Below, piece after piece: positions 19,347 through 29,080 of a DNA stretch of 64,000 nt. A program made the translations under genes and the position numbers. Every line of letters starts with the position of its first letter. Within the stretch, counting starts at the first letter, position 1. Below the pieces are notes generated by a model. The model ran no database searches. It was not told the DNA's origin and worked only from the letters and a program-made list of their open reading frames with translations. The stretch comes from a virus. Lineage: Duplodnaviria > Caudoviricetes. The DNA is taken from positions 64,001 to 128,000 of IMG/VR virus record IMGVR_UViG_3300020360_000085; one strand, given 5' to 3'.

Positions 19347-21415
19347 TATTTAGAAGTTTTCCTTTCAACACCGTCCCATTCTCCTGCAGGCATAGGTTGT
19401 TTTATTCTTTGTGCATATAAATTTGCAAGAGTATTATTCCAGTCATGTTCTTTTATTACTTCTATTTGATGAGCACATTCGGCCCATTCCCTATTTTGAT
19501 AAGCATCTACCATTCTGTTTATTACTCTAACCTCTTTTGTGTCTTTTAAAATTGTATAAATTGTTACAGGTGCAGTTTGGCCTTTTACTGCAATTTTATC
19601 TAACATTACAAGTCCTTGTGGTGAAACTATTTGTTTTAATGTATGTTCTGTAAACATAAAAAATACACCATACTCTTTGGTTTGTGCTTCTAAACGAGCC
19701 GCTAAATTTACACTATCTCCTAAAACTGTATAATCAAAACGTTGATTAGAGCCCATGTTACCTACTACGGCATCACCTGTGTTTATTCCTATACCAACAC
19801 CCAACTCCATTAATCCATCTTCTTTAAGTTCTTTATTAAGTTTTTTAAGTTCTACTTCCATTTCTTGTGCTGTCTCAATAGCCAATTGGGCATGATTATC
19901 TACATCAAGTGGAGCATTCCATATTGCCATTAAGGCATCTCCTATGTATTTGTCTATTGTGCCTTCTTTTTGCATAACAAGATCTGTCATAGGTGTCATA
20001 TATCTGTTAATTAATTTTCCTAAACCTTCAGGATCTGTTTTAAATTGTTCTGATATTGGAGTGAATCCACGAATATCTGAAAACAAATATGTCATTGTTC
20101 TTGTATCTCCGCCTAAACGTAATAGACTTGGATCTTTTTGTAACTTTTTAACCATTGCAGGTGCAAGATAATGTTCGAATTGTTTTTTAATTTGTTCACG
20201 TAATTTATATTGTTTGTAAAAGTTATTAAATGCCGCCTGTGTAAAAACTAAAAATCCACTTAGTACAGGGAAAGTAGCATCTAATAAAACTAAATCGCTT
20301 GTATATTTGTAAACACTATAATAGGATATTCCCCCTAATACTGCAAGTGATATAGGTGCAGTCCAAAGTAATGGCAGTTTATAAACTGCTAAAGCAATTA
20401 GAATCATAGTCAAGAAAGCAACGACCAACTCTGTGACAGCACTTAATTGGCTTCTTGTTATGTTACTGCCGTCTATAATGTTTTGTATCATATGAGCCTG
20501 TATATGTTGTGGATAAAGATTACCACGTGGTGTAGGTACAGGGTTTGCAACACCCTCAGCAGTAACACCTATGACTACCCATTTACCCATTAAATCTGGA
20601 ATACTATCAGCACCTTCATATTCTATTTCTTCAAAAGAATTATTAAAACGTATATAAGCAGTACCATCTGGTTGTGTAACTACAGGAGGAAAAGGAGGAA
20701 TAGCCACTTCTTGTATTCCTATTTCAGATGTTTTTATCATATAACTGGGTTTACCTGTGTGTACCCTTAACATCTCTACTGCAAAACTAGGATAAATTTT
20801 GTCTTCTACAGTAATAGCAAGAGGGTATGTTCTAGTTTGATTATCTGGTTGAGGGGCAGATGCTAAAACACCTTTACCATTACTTACAACTTCCAATATG
20901 GGAATATTAGTAACTAAATTAGGCCATTTAAGTAAATAATCTTTTGCTGGTACAGGACCTATTGTACCTGTACCTATATGAGGACCTGTACTTTTTATTC
21001 CTTTAACACTTGGCGTTTGACTTAAAACATTTACATTTACAGGATTTTTTCTAGCACCTGGAATGTTAATAACATTTTGTTGTAATATTCCTGCAAAACT
21101 TTCGTCTCCCTGAAATCTATCTGCTTCAGGAAACATAATTGTCCAACCTACGGGACCACTATTTTTCATAGCAACGTCTACTACAAGTTGTGCATAATAT
21201 TGCCTTGGAAATGGATACTGTCCGTATTTTGCTAAACTTTTTTCGCCAATGTTTATTAATACAACATTATCACTTTGTTTTACTTCATCTAATTGTTGAT
21301 AACTGTCAAAAACTTGACTTCTAAGACTTTGTAATGGTGTAGGATCTACTATTCTTAAGCCAAGTAAAAGTGCAATAGATAGGACCACTGCATAACCACT
21401 ATATAACCATTTCAT
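19346..21415 (-). CDS. Membrane-bound CHASE2-domain class III adenylate cyclase
   Basis: N-terminal TM, CHASE2 (GQYPFPRQYYA), three TMs, then FSDIRGFT, DKYIGDALM, GIGINTG, YTVLGDSVNLAARLE; the Lys points to ATP specificity. Confidence 0.93.
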   Translation of the reverse strand: MKWLYSGYAVVLSIALLLGLRIVDPTPLQSLRSQVFDSYQQLDEVKQSDNVVLINIGEKSLAKYGQYPFPRQYYAQLVVDVAMKNSGPVGWTIMFPEADRFQGDESFAGILQQNVINIPGARKNPVNVNVLSQTPSVKGIKSTGPHIGTGTIGPVPAKDYLLKWPNLVTNIPILEVVSNGKGVLASAPQPDNQTRTYPLAITVEDKIYPSFAVEMLRVHTGKPSYMIKTSEIGIQEVAIPPFPPVVTQPDGTAYIRFNNSFEEIEYEGADSIPDLMGKWVVIGVTAEGVANPVPTPRGNLYPQHIQAHMIQNIIDGSNITRSQLSAVTELVVAFLTMILIALAVYKLPLLWTAPISLAVLGGISYYSVYKYTSDLVLLDATFPVLSGFLVFTQAAFNNFYKQYKLREQIKKQFEHYLAPAMVKKLQKDPSLLRLGGDTRTMTYLFSDIRGFTPISEQFKTDPEGLGKLINRYMTPMTDLVMQKEGTIDKYIGDALMAIWNAPLDVDNHAQLAIETAQEMEVELKKLNKELKEDGLMELGVGIGINTGDAVVGNMGSNQRFDYTVLGDSVNLAARLEAQTKEYGVFFMFTEHTLKQIVSPQGLVMLDKIAVKGQTAPVTIYTILKDTKEVRVINRMVDAYQNREWAECAHQIEVIKEHDWNNTLANLYAQRIKQPMPAGEWDGVERKTSK

Positions 21416-21433
21416 ATCTATATTTATCGTAAG

Positions 21434-21468
21434 AAAAACCTCCCTATAATTAGATTATAGAGAGGTTT
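21434..21468 (-). terminator. Terminator hairpin upstream of the cyclase late promoter
   Basis: aaacctc-cctataat-tag-attataga-gaggttt stem with U-tract on the minus strand. Confidence 0.75.
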
Positions 21469-21573
21469 CATTCTAATCTAATAGTTTTAAAGACGTCTAT
21501 TAATCGTCTGGCAAATTGTGGCTTTTAGTTTTAAGAGTCTCTAAACCACCGGGCAATCCGGGAAATCGCTCTA

Positions 21574-22107
21574 TTAGTTATTAGCAAATTCTGATATTAA
21601 ACCATTTGCTAAATCATATTGGATAGCAAGACTTTCATATAGTTTGTAATATTCTTTATCACTATTAGGTCTATGTTCGCTACCATAAAGATCTGCATCT
21701 ACAAAGTTCCAGTCTATTGAACCGTCTCTGTTAGTATTACCTTCATCACTTACTGCTTTATTAAATGCTTTTGCAAATTCAGGTCTAAATTTAGCAACTC
21801 TGTAATTAACACTTTTAGTATAAAATCCTAAATTTTCAAGTTGTAAAACTAAACTGTTCATACCAGGAAATTTTCCTGTATCTTCATACTCACCTAAAGT
21901 AATTTGCATTGGATCATCAATAACATAGTATTCGTCATCTCCAAGTATAAAATCTAAATTAGCAATAAACTCTTCAACAAGTTTTTTACCTTTTTTGAAT
22001 GCTTCAGCATCTCTAGTTCTATATTGGAAGTCATGTATTTCATGACCTTTAAGTAAGCCTGTTGGCTCTGGTTGATCGCCTAAAATTCTGTAATTTAATG
22101 TTGACAT
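21574..22107 (-). CDS. Hypothetical early protein
   Basis: 177-aa ORF, AGGAG SD, own sigma70-type promoter. Confidence 0.75.
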   Translation of the reverse strand: MSTLNYRILGDQPEPTGLLKGHEIHDFQYRTRDAEAFKKGKKLVEEFIANLDFILGDDEYYVIDDPMQITLGEYEDTGKFPGMNSLVLQLENLGFYTKSVNYRVAKFRPEFAKAFNKAVSDEGNTNRDGSIDWNFVDADLYGSEHRPNSDKEYYKLYESLAIQYDLANGLISEFANN

Positions 22108-22139
22108 ATAACTCCTACCTTATTTGTTACTATATAAAT

Positions 22140-22167
22140 ATTATAGCAAAAAACTAGAAATTGTCAA
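22140..22167 (-). promoter_or_regulatory. Sigma70-type early promoter
   Basis: TTGACA-N16-TATAAT with TGn extension. Confidence 0.7.
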
Positions 22168-22184
22168 GCCTTTTTTATATATTT

Positions 22185-22898
22185 TTAACCTGCAAATGCA
22201 CGTTCTAACATAAAATCTCCAGACTCTCCTGTGTTGCCTTCGTGCCATCCTAAGTTTGTAAATAGTTCTCTGCAATCTTTATTCATTTCTGGAGAACCGC
22301 ATACCATAACTGCGTCTCTGGTTTTATCTAAATTACTGCCTAAAACATCTGGAATATAGTTCCAAAATCTACCAGGTCTTAAATATTTTTCTCTAGTTAC
22401 TGTTTCTATATAATTAAAGTTAGGATAATCTAAACTGTTTAGTTTTTGCTTATATGCTAGTTCATTTACATTTCTTACAGTATGAAACAAGTAAACATTA
22501 TTAAACTTTTCATAGGTCTCAAAATCATGTGCAATACTTATAAAAGGTGCGATACCTGTGCCAGTAGATAGCATTACTAAATTTTGTTTTTTATTTAAAT
22601 AATCTATAACTAGACTGCCAGTACATTTCGGATTTACAATAACCTCTTCTCCAATTTGTACATTTTGTAATTTTTCTGTAAGGGGACCATTTGGAACTTT
22701 GATACTTAAGAACTCTAAATGCTCGTCATAATTTGTACTTACAATACTATATGCTCTAAGTATTGGTCTAGGATCTACATCGAGACCCATCATACAAAAC
22801 TCTCCATTTTTAAATCTAAAACTTTTATCTCTTGTGGTTTTAAAACTGAAAAGTCTATCTGAATAATGTTTGACTTCTGTAACTGTCTCTTTGTGCAT
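22185..22898 (-). CDS. fpr: Ferredoxin-NADP+ reductase (bacterial type)
   Basis: RAYSIVS, GPLT, STGTGIAPF, CGSPEM, terminal ERAF. Confidence 0.92.
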   Translation of the reverse strand: MHKETVTEVKHYSDRLFSFKTTRDKSFRFKNGEFCMMGLDVDPRPILRAYSIVSTNYDEHLEFLSIKVPNGPLTEKLQNVQIGEEVIVNPKCTGSLVIDYLNKKQNLVMLSTGTGIAPFISIAHDFETYEKFNNVYLFHTVRNVNELAYKQKLNSLDYPNFNYIETVTREKYLRPGRFWNYIPDVLGSNLDKTRDAVMVCGSPEMNKDCRELFTNLGWHEGNTGESGDFMLERAFAG

Positions 22899-22974
22899 AC
22901 AGATATTTATTTTATAGATAAAATTTCCCCTGCCATTTCTGACAGAGGAAATGTGTTTTGTAAAAAGTTAAAAC

Positions 22975-23142
22975 TTATTCACATTCTTTAGGATTTTTAG
23001 AACAATACTCCATTACCTTATTAAGCAATTTTACTTGTTCAATAAGTTCTGAAATGTCCTCATCGTCCTGCTCACCCTCATCTGAGGATTTTTTGTCTTC
23101 CTTCTTAGGTAGGAAAACTTTTGCTAAGAATGAGCGTTCTAC
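22975..23142 (-). CDS. Start-less -1 frame extension of the upstream lipoprotein (55 aa)
   Basis: VERSFLAKVFLPKKEDKK...KVMEYCSKNPKECE* begins exactly at an A_AAA_AAG site; not in ORF track. Confidence 0.6.
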   Translation of the reverse strand, partial: VERSFLAKVFLPKKEDKKSSDEGEQDDEDISELIEQVKLLNKVMEYCSKNPKECE

Positions 23143-23438
23143 TTTTTTTCTTCTTCTGGTTTTTTATCTTTGGAATCTTCTTGAAGTTCATCAGTTTGTT
23201 CATCAATTTCATCTGAAACTGTTTTAACAACACCTGCTCCTACTTCTAAAGCAGTCGTAGAAATATCAGAAACATCTTCTGCTACTGATACTGCCACATC
23301 TGATGCAGTTCCAACTACCACGTCTACTGTGTTAGTTGCTAACTCTTTACCGCCCTCGATTACTGCTCCAACTGAGGCACAACCTTGTGCGAAAATTACA
23401 AAGAATAAACCTAAGAACATATTTTTTAGTCCTTCCAT
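23139..23438 (-). CDS. Lipoprotein
   Basis: Start MEGLKN after AAGGAG SD; lipobox FAQGC; GATAAATA box at 23489-23496. Confidence 0.8.
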   Translation of the reverse strand: MEGLKNMFLGLFFVIFAQGCASVGAVIEGGKELATNTVDVVVGTASDVAVSVAEDVSDISTTALEVGAGVVKTVSDEIDEQTDELQEDSKDKKPEEEKK

Positions 23439-23500
23439 TTTATTCTCCTTATATAAGGTGTAATAAGCCATCTGCTATATTACACTAATATTTATCGGAA

Positions 23501-24667
23501 TTAAAACATCATATTAAGTTTTTTGTAAAACTTATTGTAATGTTTAGACCCGTCTTTAAAATCATTATAATGATCTCGATTATATTCTAAAACATCATAC
23601 ATTTCGTATAACATTTCAGTCAACTCTTGATGTGATGTATTTGATAATTTTTGATATAGATTATATAATTTATTTTTTCTCGAGTTATGATCCTTGTCGT
23701 TATCATAACTTTCGTCCCACCATTTATAAAATGTTTTAAATCCACAATCTTTAAGATAGGATAATGCTCCAGGTTGTGCATGTAATATAAATGGATTTGC
23801 CATAACTATAGCCTTGGTACATTTATCTGTCATATCTAATTCATAATCGTTATAATCTTTACATGTATGTTCAAAATATGTTTCACTAACAAAATGTATA
23901 TAAGTATCTAAAAATGCTTGTCTTTCAGTATCACTTTTAAGTCTTGGTAAAAAAGGGTCGCTGGAATTTGTATTATGTAAGTCATATATCCATGGTAAAC
24001 TATTTAAAAGTTCATCACTTAAATTTAATTCGTCTTTATAACTTTCTATAGACATATCTTTAAATGGAGTATAACAAGAAACTAAATTTTGTTGCTTTAA
24101 ATTATTATCAAAAATAAATTTACATAACTCTGCTCTATGTTTATAAGGCTTACCCATAAAAGTTAATAATTTTTTAGGTCGCTGTATTTTATTTTTTATT
24201 TGCTCATATTGTTTATCTATAATATCCTCAGGCTGACATAATGGCATAAAGACTTGATATGGCAATGTAGCAACATTATACTCCTTGGGCTCAAAACTTT
24301 TTATGTTTCCTACTATAAGTATTACATCATTTTTATTTAAATTATATTTTAGCATGGTATTACAAATTATTTTATGTGTAAAATCTCTGTTACCAAAATA
24401 TCTATATGTAATATCATAACTTTCACTAGTAAAATCAAAAAGTAATTTACATTTGTTATCCTTTATGTCTTTTAAAATATCTTGTGGAATATTATAAAAG
24501 TATTCTTTTGCTTTTAATATTAATTGTTTATCTCGTTGAGGAGGACATGTGATTTGCATATCTATTTGAATAGGATACACATACTTTTGATTTGTATTAT
24601 TTTTAATGGGTAATCGTAGAAGATCTTCTACTGAAGAATTCATTTGACCTGTATGAGTAAACAACAT
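23501..24667 (-). CDS. Hypothetical protein, possibly glycosyltransferase-like
   Basis: Start refined to MLFTHT using the CATAAATA box 5 nt upstream; C-terminal HFVSETYF...TDKCTKAI....PFIL......L..GFKTF..WWDESYD block. Confidence 0.6.
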   Translation of the reverse strand: MLFTHTGQMNSSVEDLLRLPIKNNTNQKYVYPIQIDMQITCPPQRDKQLILKAKEYFYNIPQDILKDIKDNKCKLLFDFTSESYDITYRYFGNRDFTHKIICNTMLKYNLNKNDVILIVGNIKSFEPKEYNVATLPYQVFMPLCQPEDIIDKQYEQIKNKIQRPKKLLTFMGKPYKHRAELCKFIFDNNLKQQNLVSCYTPFKDMSIESYKDELNLSDELLNSLPWIYDLHNTNSSDPFLPRLKSDTERQAFLDTYIHFVSETYFEHTCKDYNDYELDMTDKCTKAIVMANPFILHAQPGALSYLKDCGFKTFYKWWDESYDNDKDHNSRKNKLYNLYQKLSNTSHQELTEMLYEMYDVLEYNRDHYNDFKDGSKHYNKFYKKLNMMF

Positions 24668-24693
24668 AATAATATTTATGTTGCATTGTAAAA

Positions 24694-25575
24694 CTAATCT
24701 TGTGTAACTGAAATAGAACAACCACCTAAGGTTGCACAGGTTTGTGTCAATGTATATGTTTGTCCTACGGAGTTGTGTGATTGATTTAGATATAAATCTG
24801 TTCCATAACTACCATATAAATTAATAGTTGCCGTATGAGCACCATTTTTTCTTTGTTTTATCCAAACATCATTATTATCATTATAGATATTTAGGTTTAA
24901 TGTTTTACTTCCATTTTGTAATTGTCCAGCATAAACTTCGTTACCGTCACCAAATATGTTTACATACATGTTGTGATTTATACTGCTACTATCTTGTTTT
25001 TGGCCTGCTTTAAAGTCATTGTTGTCGCCATGTATATCTAATCGCACAAGATTTCCACCTGGTTCATTATAATCATATGACCAAGAAGTGTTTCCGTTAC
25101 TAGAATTTTTATCTAAAAACCAACCTTGACCAACCATTACATCATTACTATTACCTTCTAAATGAAATTCTACTTTGCTTTCATTACAACTGTTGTAACT
25201 ACATTTTTGCCATATTTGTAATGTGTTACTATCTCCGTCTATATCTCCGCCTTGATCATGTCCTTGACCCCAAGCACTTGAATAACCTATATAAAAATTA
25301 TTACCTTCTTGTAATATTGCTATTTCGTTTGATTGTCCATCTAAACTAAAGTTAATGTCATTATCATATCCATCTTGTAATACTCTTAAAATATTATTAC
25401 TAGAATCTGCACTTACTATACCTAAATCTATATCAATAATATTATTATACCCTTCTTGATTGGCTTCAATAATTACATTATCTCCTGCTTGTTCAATTAA
25501 AACTTCCTGGTCATCTGCTAATAAAACAGATGGTATTAATAATAATCCTGCTAATATGTTTCTTAATATTTTCAT
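24694..25575 (-). CDS. Secreted curlin-repeat protein
   Basis: Signal peptide; repeated I.Q.G..N motifs (IEQAGDN, VLQDGYDN, ILQEGNN). Confidence 0.75.
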   Translation of the reverse strand: MKILRNILAGLLLIPSVLLADDQEVLIEQAGDNVIIEANQEGYNNIIDIDLGIVSADSSNNILRVLQDGYDNDINFSLDGQSNEIAILQEGNNFYIGYSSAWGQGHDQGGDIDGDSNTLQIWQKCSYNSCNESKVEFHLEGNSNDVMVGQGWFLDKNSSNGNTSWSYDYNEPGGNLVRLDIHGDNNDFKAGQKQDSSSINHNMYVNIFGDGNEVYAGQLQNGSKTLNLNIYNDNNDVWIKQRKNGAHTATINLYGSYGTDLYLNQSHNSVGQTYTLTQTCATLGGCSISVTQD

Positions 25576-26748
25576 CTAATTCTGTATAATTGTTATTACA
25601 CTTCCCTCACAACTGTTTAGGCACATTATTGTAGAACCTAAATCTTTATCTGTTACAAATATTTGTGCAGATGTACCCTTTTTAAACTTTAAACTAACGT
25701 AATTATTAGCCTGCCTTAAAAAGAACACTTTACCATCAACATCTGGTAAAATATTAAATTGGTTATCTGCTTGTAATCCAAAATTTCTATCTATTAATCT
25801 ATCACTAAAGTTTTGTTCCTGTTGGCCGTCCAAAGCATCTGCTTCTTCTATAATCTCCAACAAATCTCTCAAAAAGTCAACTTCTAAGAAATTAATATCT
25901 AATTCTGTAAATTCTAACTCCTGTTCGGCTTCTGCCGCCAAATCTTGTCCTTCTAAAAAGTCAATGTCTAAGTCTGAAAAGTCTAACAATCCACCATCTC
26001 CTTTAAGTGCTTCTTGTTGTTCTTCTTCTGCCTGTACAATCTCTTCAGGTTTACTCACAATAAACATATTGTCTATCATATTCAAATCCAGGTCTACTAA
26101 AACAACTGGATTTGTTGGAGGTGTTTCAAACGTACTAACCATTACAGCCTGAAATGCCTCTTCAAGTATTACTGTACCACCGTCATTAGTCACAGTTATA
26201 CTCCCTGAAGGTCTACAACCTTCTTCTAATTTTACCCTATCATTACAATTTGCATCTGGTAATAATATTACTAAACTTCTACCCAGTTCGTCAACTGTAG
26301 TGGTAAAATCAGTTCCCCTAATACCAATAGTTGCTGTAGGCGTTTCTATCATAATATTTTCTTTAGGAACAAGTCCTAAACCGCCTGTTGCAAATCGAGC
26401 CGTGCCTTGAACAAAGTTCATAGCCATTTTGCTCTTGCTTGGATCAGGATCATATACATACTCTGTAATCTCTACAACTGTATGTTCTGTCAAACTAATC
26501 TGTGTTTGGTCTACAAATTCGATTTTTAATCTACCGTTTTCGGTTTCTACATTATCATAACTTTGTACACCTGTGTCTAAAATAGCATCAAGTTGTTCTC
26601 CTGACGTCCTATAAATGGCGCCAGGAGTACCACTTTGCTCCGAAACGCCGCCAATCTCTTCAGCGGCGTTCAGAATAGGTGTTAGCAAAAATGCCAGAGC
26701 GAATAATAATTTAGTCGGTCTGTTTAATGCTAACTGATGCATTTTCAC
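25576..26748 (-). CDS. Secreted FecR-domain protein
   Basis: Signal peptide; FVDQTQISLTEHT, GTARFATG, IETPTATIGIRGTDF. Confidence 0.85.
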   Translation of the reverse strand: MKMHQLALNRPTKLLFALAFLLTPILNAAEEIGGVSEQSGTPGAIYRTSGEQLDAILDTGVQSYDNVETENGRLKIEFVDQTQISLTEHTVVEITEYVYDPDPSKSKMAMNFVQGTARFATGGLGLVPKENIMIETPTATIGIRGTDFTTTVDELGRSLVILLPDANCNDRVKLEEGCRPSGSITVTNDGGTVILEEAFQAVMVSTFETPPTNPVVLVDLDLNMIDNMFIVSKPEEIVQAEEEQQEALKGDGGLLDFSDLDIDFLEGQDLAAEAEQELEFTELDINFLEVDFLRDLLEIIEEADALDGQQEQNFSDRLIDRNFGLQADNQFNILPDVDGKVFFLRQANNYVSLKFKKGTSAQIFVTDKDLGSTIMCLNSCEGSVITIIQN

Positions 26749-27538
26749 TGTCTAAGTCTACGTTAATTACACCTTTACATGCTGGTGTACAGGTTGCTGT
26801 CATATCTTGAGTGAACTGAAAATCTCCATCACTACCGTTTAACACAACTGTTAAACTTTGACCGCTATTACCACTTTGCTTAGTAGCAAACTTGTTGTCG
26901 TCTCCTGTTATTTCCATATTCCATACAGCATTATCTGTATTTACTATGATGCCAGACATTGAACTTGTTCCAGTACAATTTGTACCACAACTTTCGCCTT
27001 GGCCTTGAGCCGCCCAAACGTTGCTATTTGTAAATGAACCATCGAAATCATTTCGATCGCCAAGTATTACTAAGTCAAAATTTAAATATTCAGCACTTGC
27101 AGAACTACCAATGTCAACATCAAAAAGGTTTGAATCACCTTGAATGTCAACAAGCATATCTGCTTCGTCACTGCTACCTGAACTACCAATATTCATGTCC
27201 CAGACATTACTATCACCTAAGAAGTAAAAATCTAAAACAGATGATCCACTACCATCAAGGACCCAACTACCAAACATGTCGTTATTATTACCGTCTTGTA
27301 TCAAGTCTAAAATTAAACTTGAACCAGTAAGAGTAAGATCACTGTTTTGTGATGCGTCACCTGATAAAGTGTTTCCATAGCCAGCCTGTAAGATGGTCAA
27401 TGTGAGGTTATCACCTTCTTGATCCAATAACACTTCGTTATCGTCTGCAAGAATTGGACCAGCCATAAGGCATGCAAAAGCGAAGACACTGACTGCTAAT
27501 TTACTTAAAAATTTACTTGTCTTCATTATTTTCTCCAA
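26711..27538 (-). CDS. Secreted curlin-repeat protein
   Basis: Signal peptide; LDQEGDN, ILQAGYGN, LIQDGNNN, IQGDSN repeats. Confidence 0.75.
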   Translation of the reverse strand: MEKIMKTSKFLSKLAVSVFAFACLMAGPILADDNEVLLDQEGDNLTLTILQAGYGNTLSGDASQNSDLTLTGSSLILDLIQDGNNNDMFGSWVLDGSGSSVLDFYFLGDSNVWDMNIGSSGSSDEADMLVDIQGDSNLFDVDIGSSASAEYLNFDLVILGDRNDFDGSFTNSNVWAAQGQGESCGTNCTGTSSMSGIIVNTDNAVWNMEITGDDNKFATKQSGNSGQSLTVVLNGSDGDFQFTQDMTATCTPACKGVINVDLDSENASVSIKQTD

Positions 27539-28550
27539 TATTGGTTATACTATCATTCTTTAATAGAATGCGTTTCCATAAAGGTATTGAACTAGGGTCT
27601 TTGGAAAATGCTTCGACATCCTCCGCGTCCGGAAGAACGCCTGAATCTTTGAGACTCATCCAGTATGCCTGCTCTTGAGCGGCTACTTGATCGTCCCAAT
27701 CTTCTGGATAAACAATCTTCCAATATCCTCTTTCATCACCTTGAGTAATAAGTTCTAACACCGCGGCCTCGATCGCTGATCGGACTGCGTATGTTACACT
27801 TTCATTCTGTGTCATTCCGCTCTCTAGTTCAAGTAATTTGGTATCCATATCTAAAAATCTAAATACATCTCCTGCTTGACCTGAACTTAATACGGTCTTG
27901 CTTGTTTGCACGTTGAGTATCACTTCGCCAGTGAGTGTGCTTACTGCACGAAGTGAAACCACAATGCTATCCCTACGATACTGGTTTGTTGTACCAATAC
28001 CGAGATATCTTGCCCCTGTACCTCCTGTTTCAATATTAGTGTCATATCCTACAATACCACCTTCTAATATCATACCAGCAAATAACATTGGCTGTAGTTC
28101 TTGAAACTCGTCTTTACCTGCCTGTTTGGCTTGCTCAGATCGAGTGCTTCGAACTATTTGTCTTTCTCTAACTAAGTTATCTAAACCTAGTCCTCTTTCA
28201 ACTACTCTAAACCAAGTTCCTTTTGGATTTTCTCCTGAACCTGCCGCCTTTAGAGCGTCTATTAATAAACTTTTTGCGTCTTGAGTAACTGCTGTACTAA
28301 AACTTGCAACATTATCTTGGCTTTTCCTTTGTCCTGTTCCATCTCCAAATTGATAAACAGCAACCACAGGCATGTTTTCTGCTGGAGGCAGATACCTTAA
28401 CTTCCTGTACGTAGGTAGTTCTACTTTTTTAGGCTCTTCAACACATTCTAAAAAATCTGTTTTACATGCCTGATCGCCTGGTATAGCGATACTGGCACAC
28501 CCGCTTAAATATAACACACCTATAAATGCTATTAATATTTTTTTATACAA
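27513..28550 (-). CDS. csgG: Curli secretion pore lipoprotein CsgG
   Basis: Lipobox LSGC; VAVYQF.D.TGQRK, FSTAVTQ, WFRVVER, LVRERQIVRS, EGGIVGYDTN, GGTGARYLGIG, QYRRD. Confidence 0.93.
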   Translation of the reverse strand: MYKKILIAFIGVLYLSGCASIAIPGDQACKTDFLECVEEPKKVELPTYRKLRYLPPAENMPVVAVYQFGDGTGQRKSQDNVASFSTAVTQDAKSLLIDALKAAGSGENPKGTWFRVVERGLGLDNLVRERQIVRSTRSEQAKQAGKDEFQELQPMLFAGMILEGGIVGYDTNIETGGTGARYLGIGTTNQYRRDSIVVSLRAVSTLTGEVILNVQTSKTVLSSGQAGDVFRFLDMDTKLLELESGMTQNESVTYAVRSAIEAAVLELITQGDERGYWKIVYPEDWDDQVAAQEQAYWMSLKDSGVLPDAEDVEAFSKDPSSIPLWKRILLKNDSITNIGENNEDK

Positions 28551-28551
28551 C

Positions 28552-29079
28552 TTATCCGCCTGATATTTGTCCTATCCCTATTGGAATCTCAATCGTTGTT
28601 ATTGTTCCATCAGGATCAACAATGGTTAAAACAATTACCTCTAATCCGTCTGCATTTGTAGTTACAGTATAAGAAACATTATTGCCTTCTATTGTAAATG
28701 CGCCACTTGTAGCACCTGTACATTGAACAACTGTTGCTGGATCACAAAACATACTATCTACTAAACCTTTAGAAATTTGAGAGTATATTCTACTTTCTAA
28801 GTTTCTAATAAATTTATTAATTGTACTGTTAGCATCTTCTCTTTCAGCACGTCTTAATGCTTCTTCTATATCACTTTTAATTTTATCTCTACGGCCTTTT
28901 TCCTGGTTTTCTATTGTTAGATAATGAGCACCAGTTCCTGAGCCACTAAAACTTGGATTTTTAAATTTGTGCTTTATTTCGTCTGCACTTAATTCTGCAA
29001 CAAACAAAACACCCATAATTATGAATAAACTTCCTATTATTGCATTTGAAAGTCTATTATTAATTTTTGCTTCATTCAT
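28552..29079 (-). CDS. csgF: Curli assembly protein CsgF-like
   Basis: KFKNPSFSG.G, FIRNLESRIYSQIS, TITTIEIP; adjacent to csgG. Confidence 0.85.
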   Translation of the reverse strand: MNEAKINNRLSNAIIGSLFIIMGVLFVAELSADEIKHKFKNPSFSGSGTGAHYLTIENQEKGRRDKIKSDIEEALRRAEREDANSTINKFIRNLESRIYSQISKGLVDSMFCDPATVVQCTGATSGAFTIEGNNVSYTVTTNADGLEVIVLTIVDPDGTITTIEIPIGIGQISGG

Positions 29080-29080
29080 T

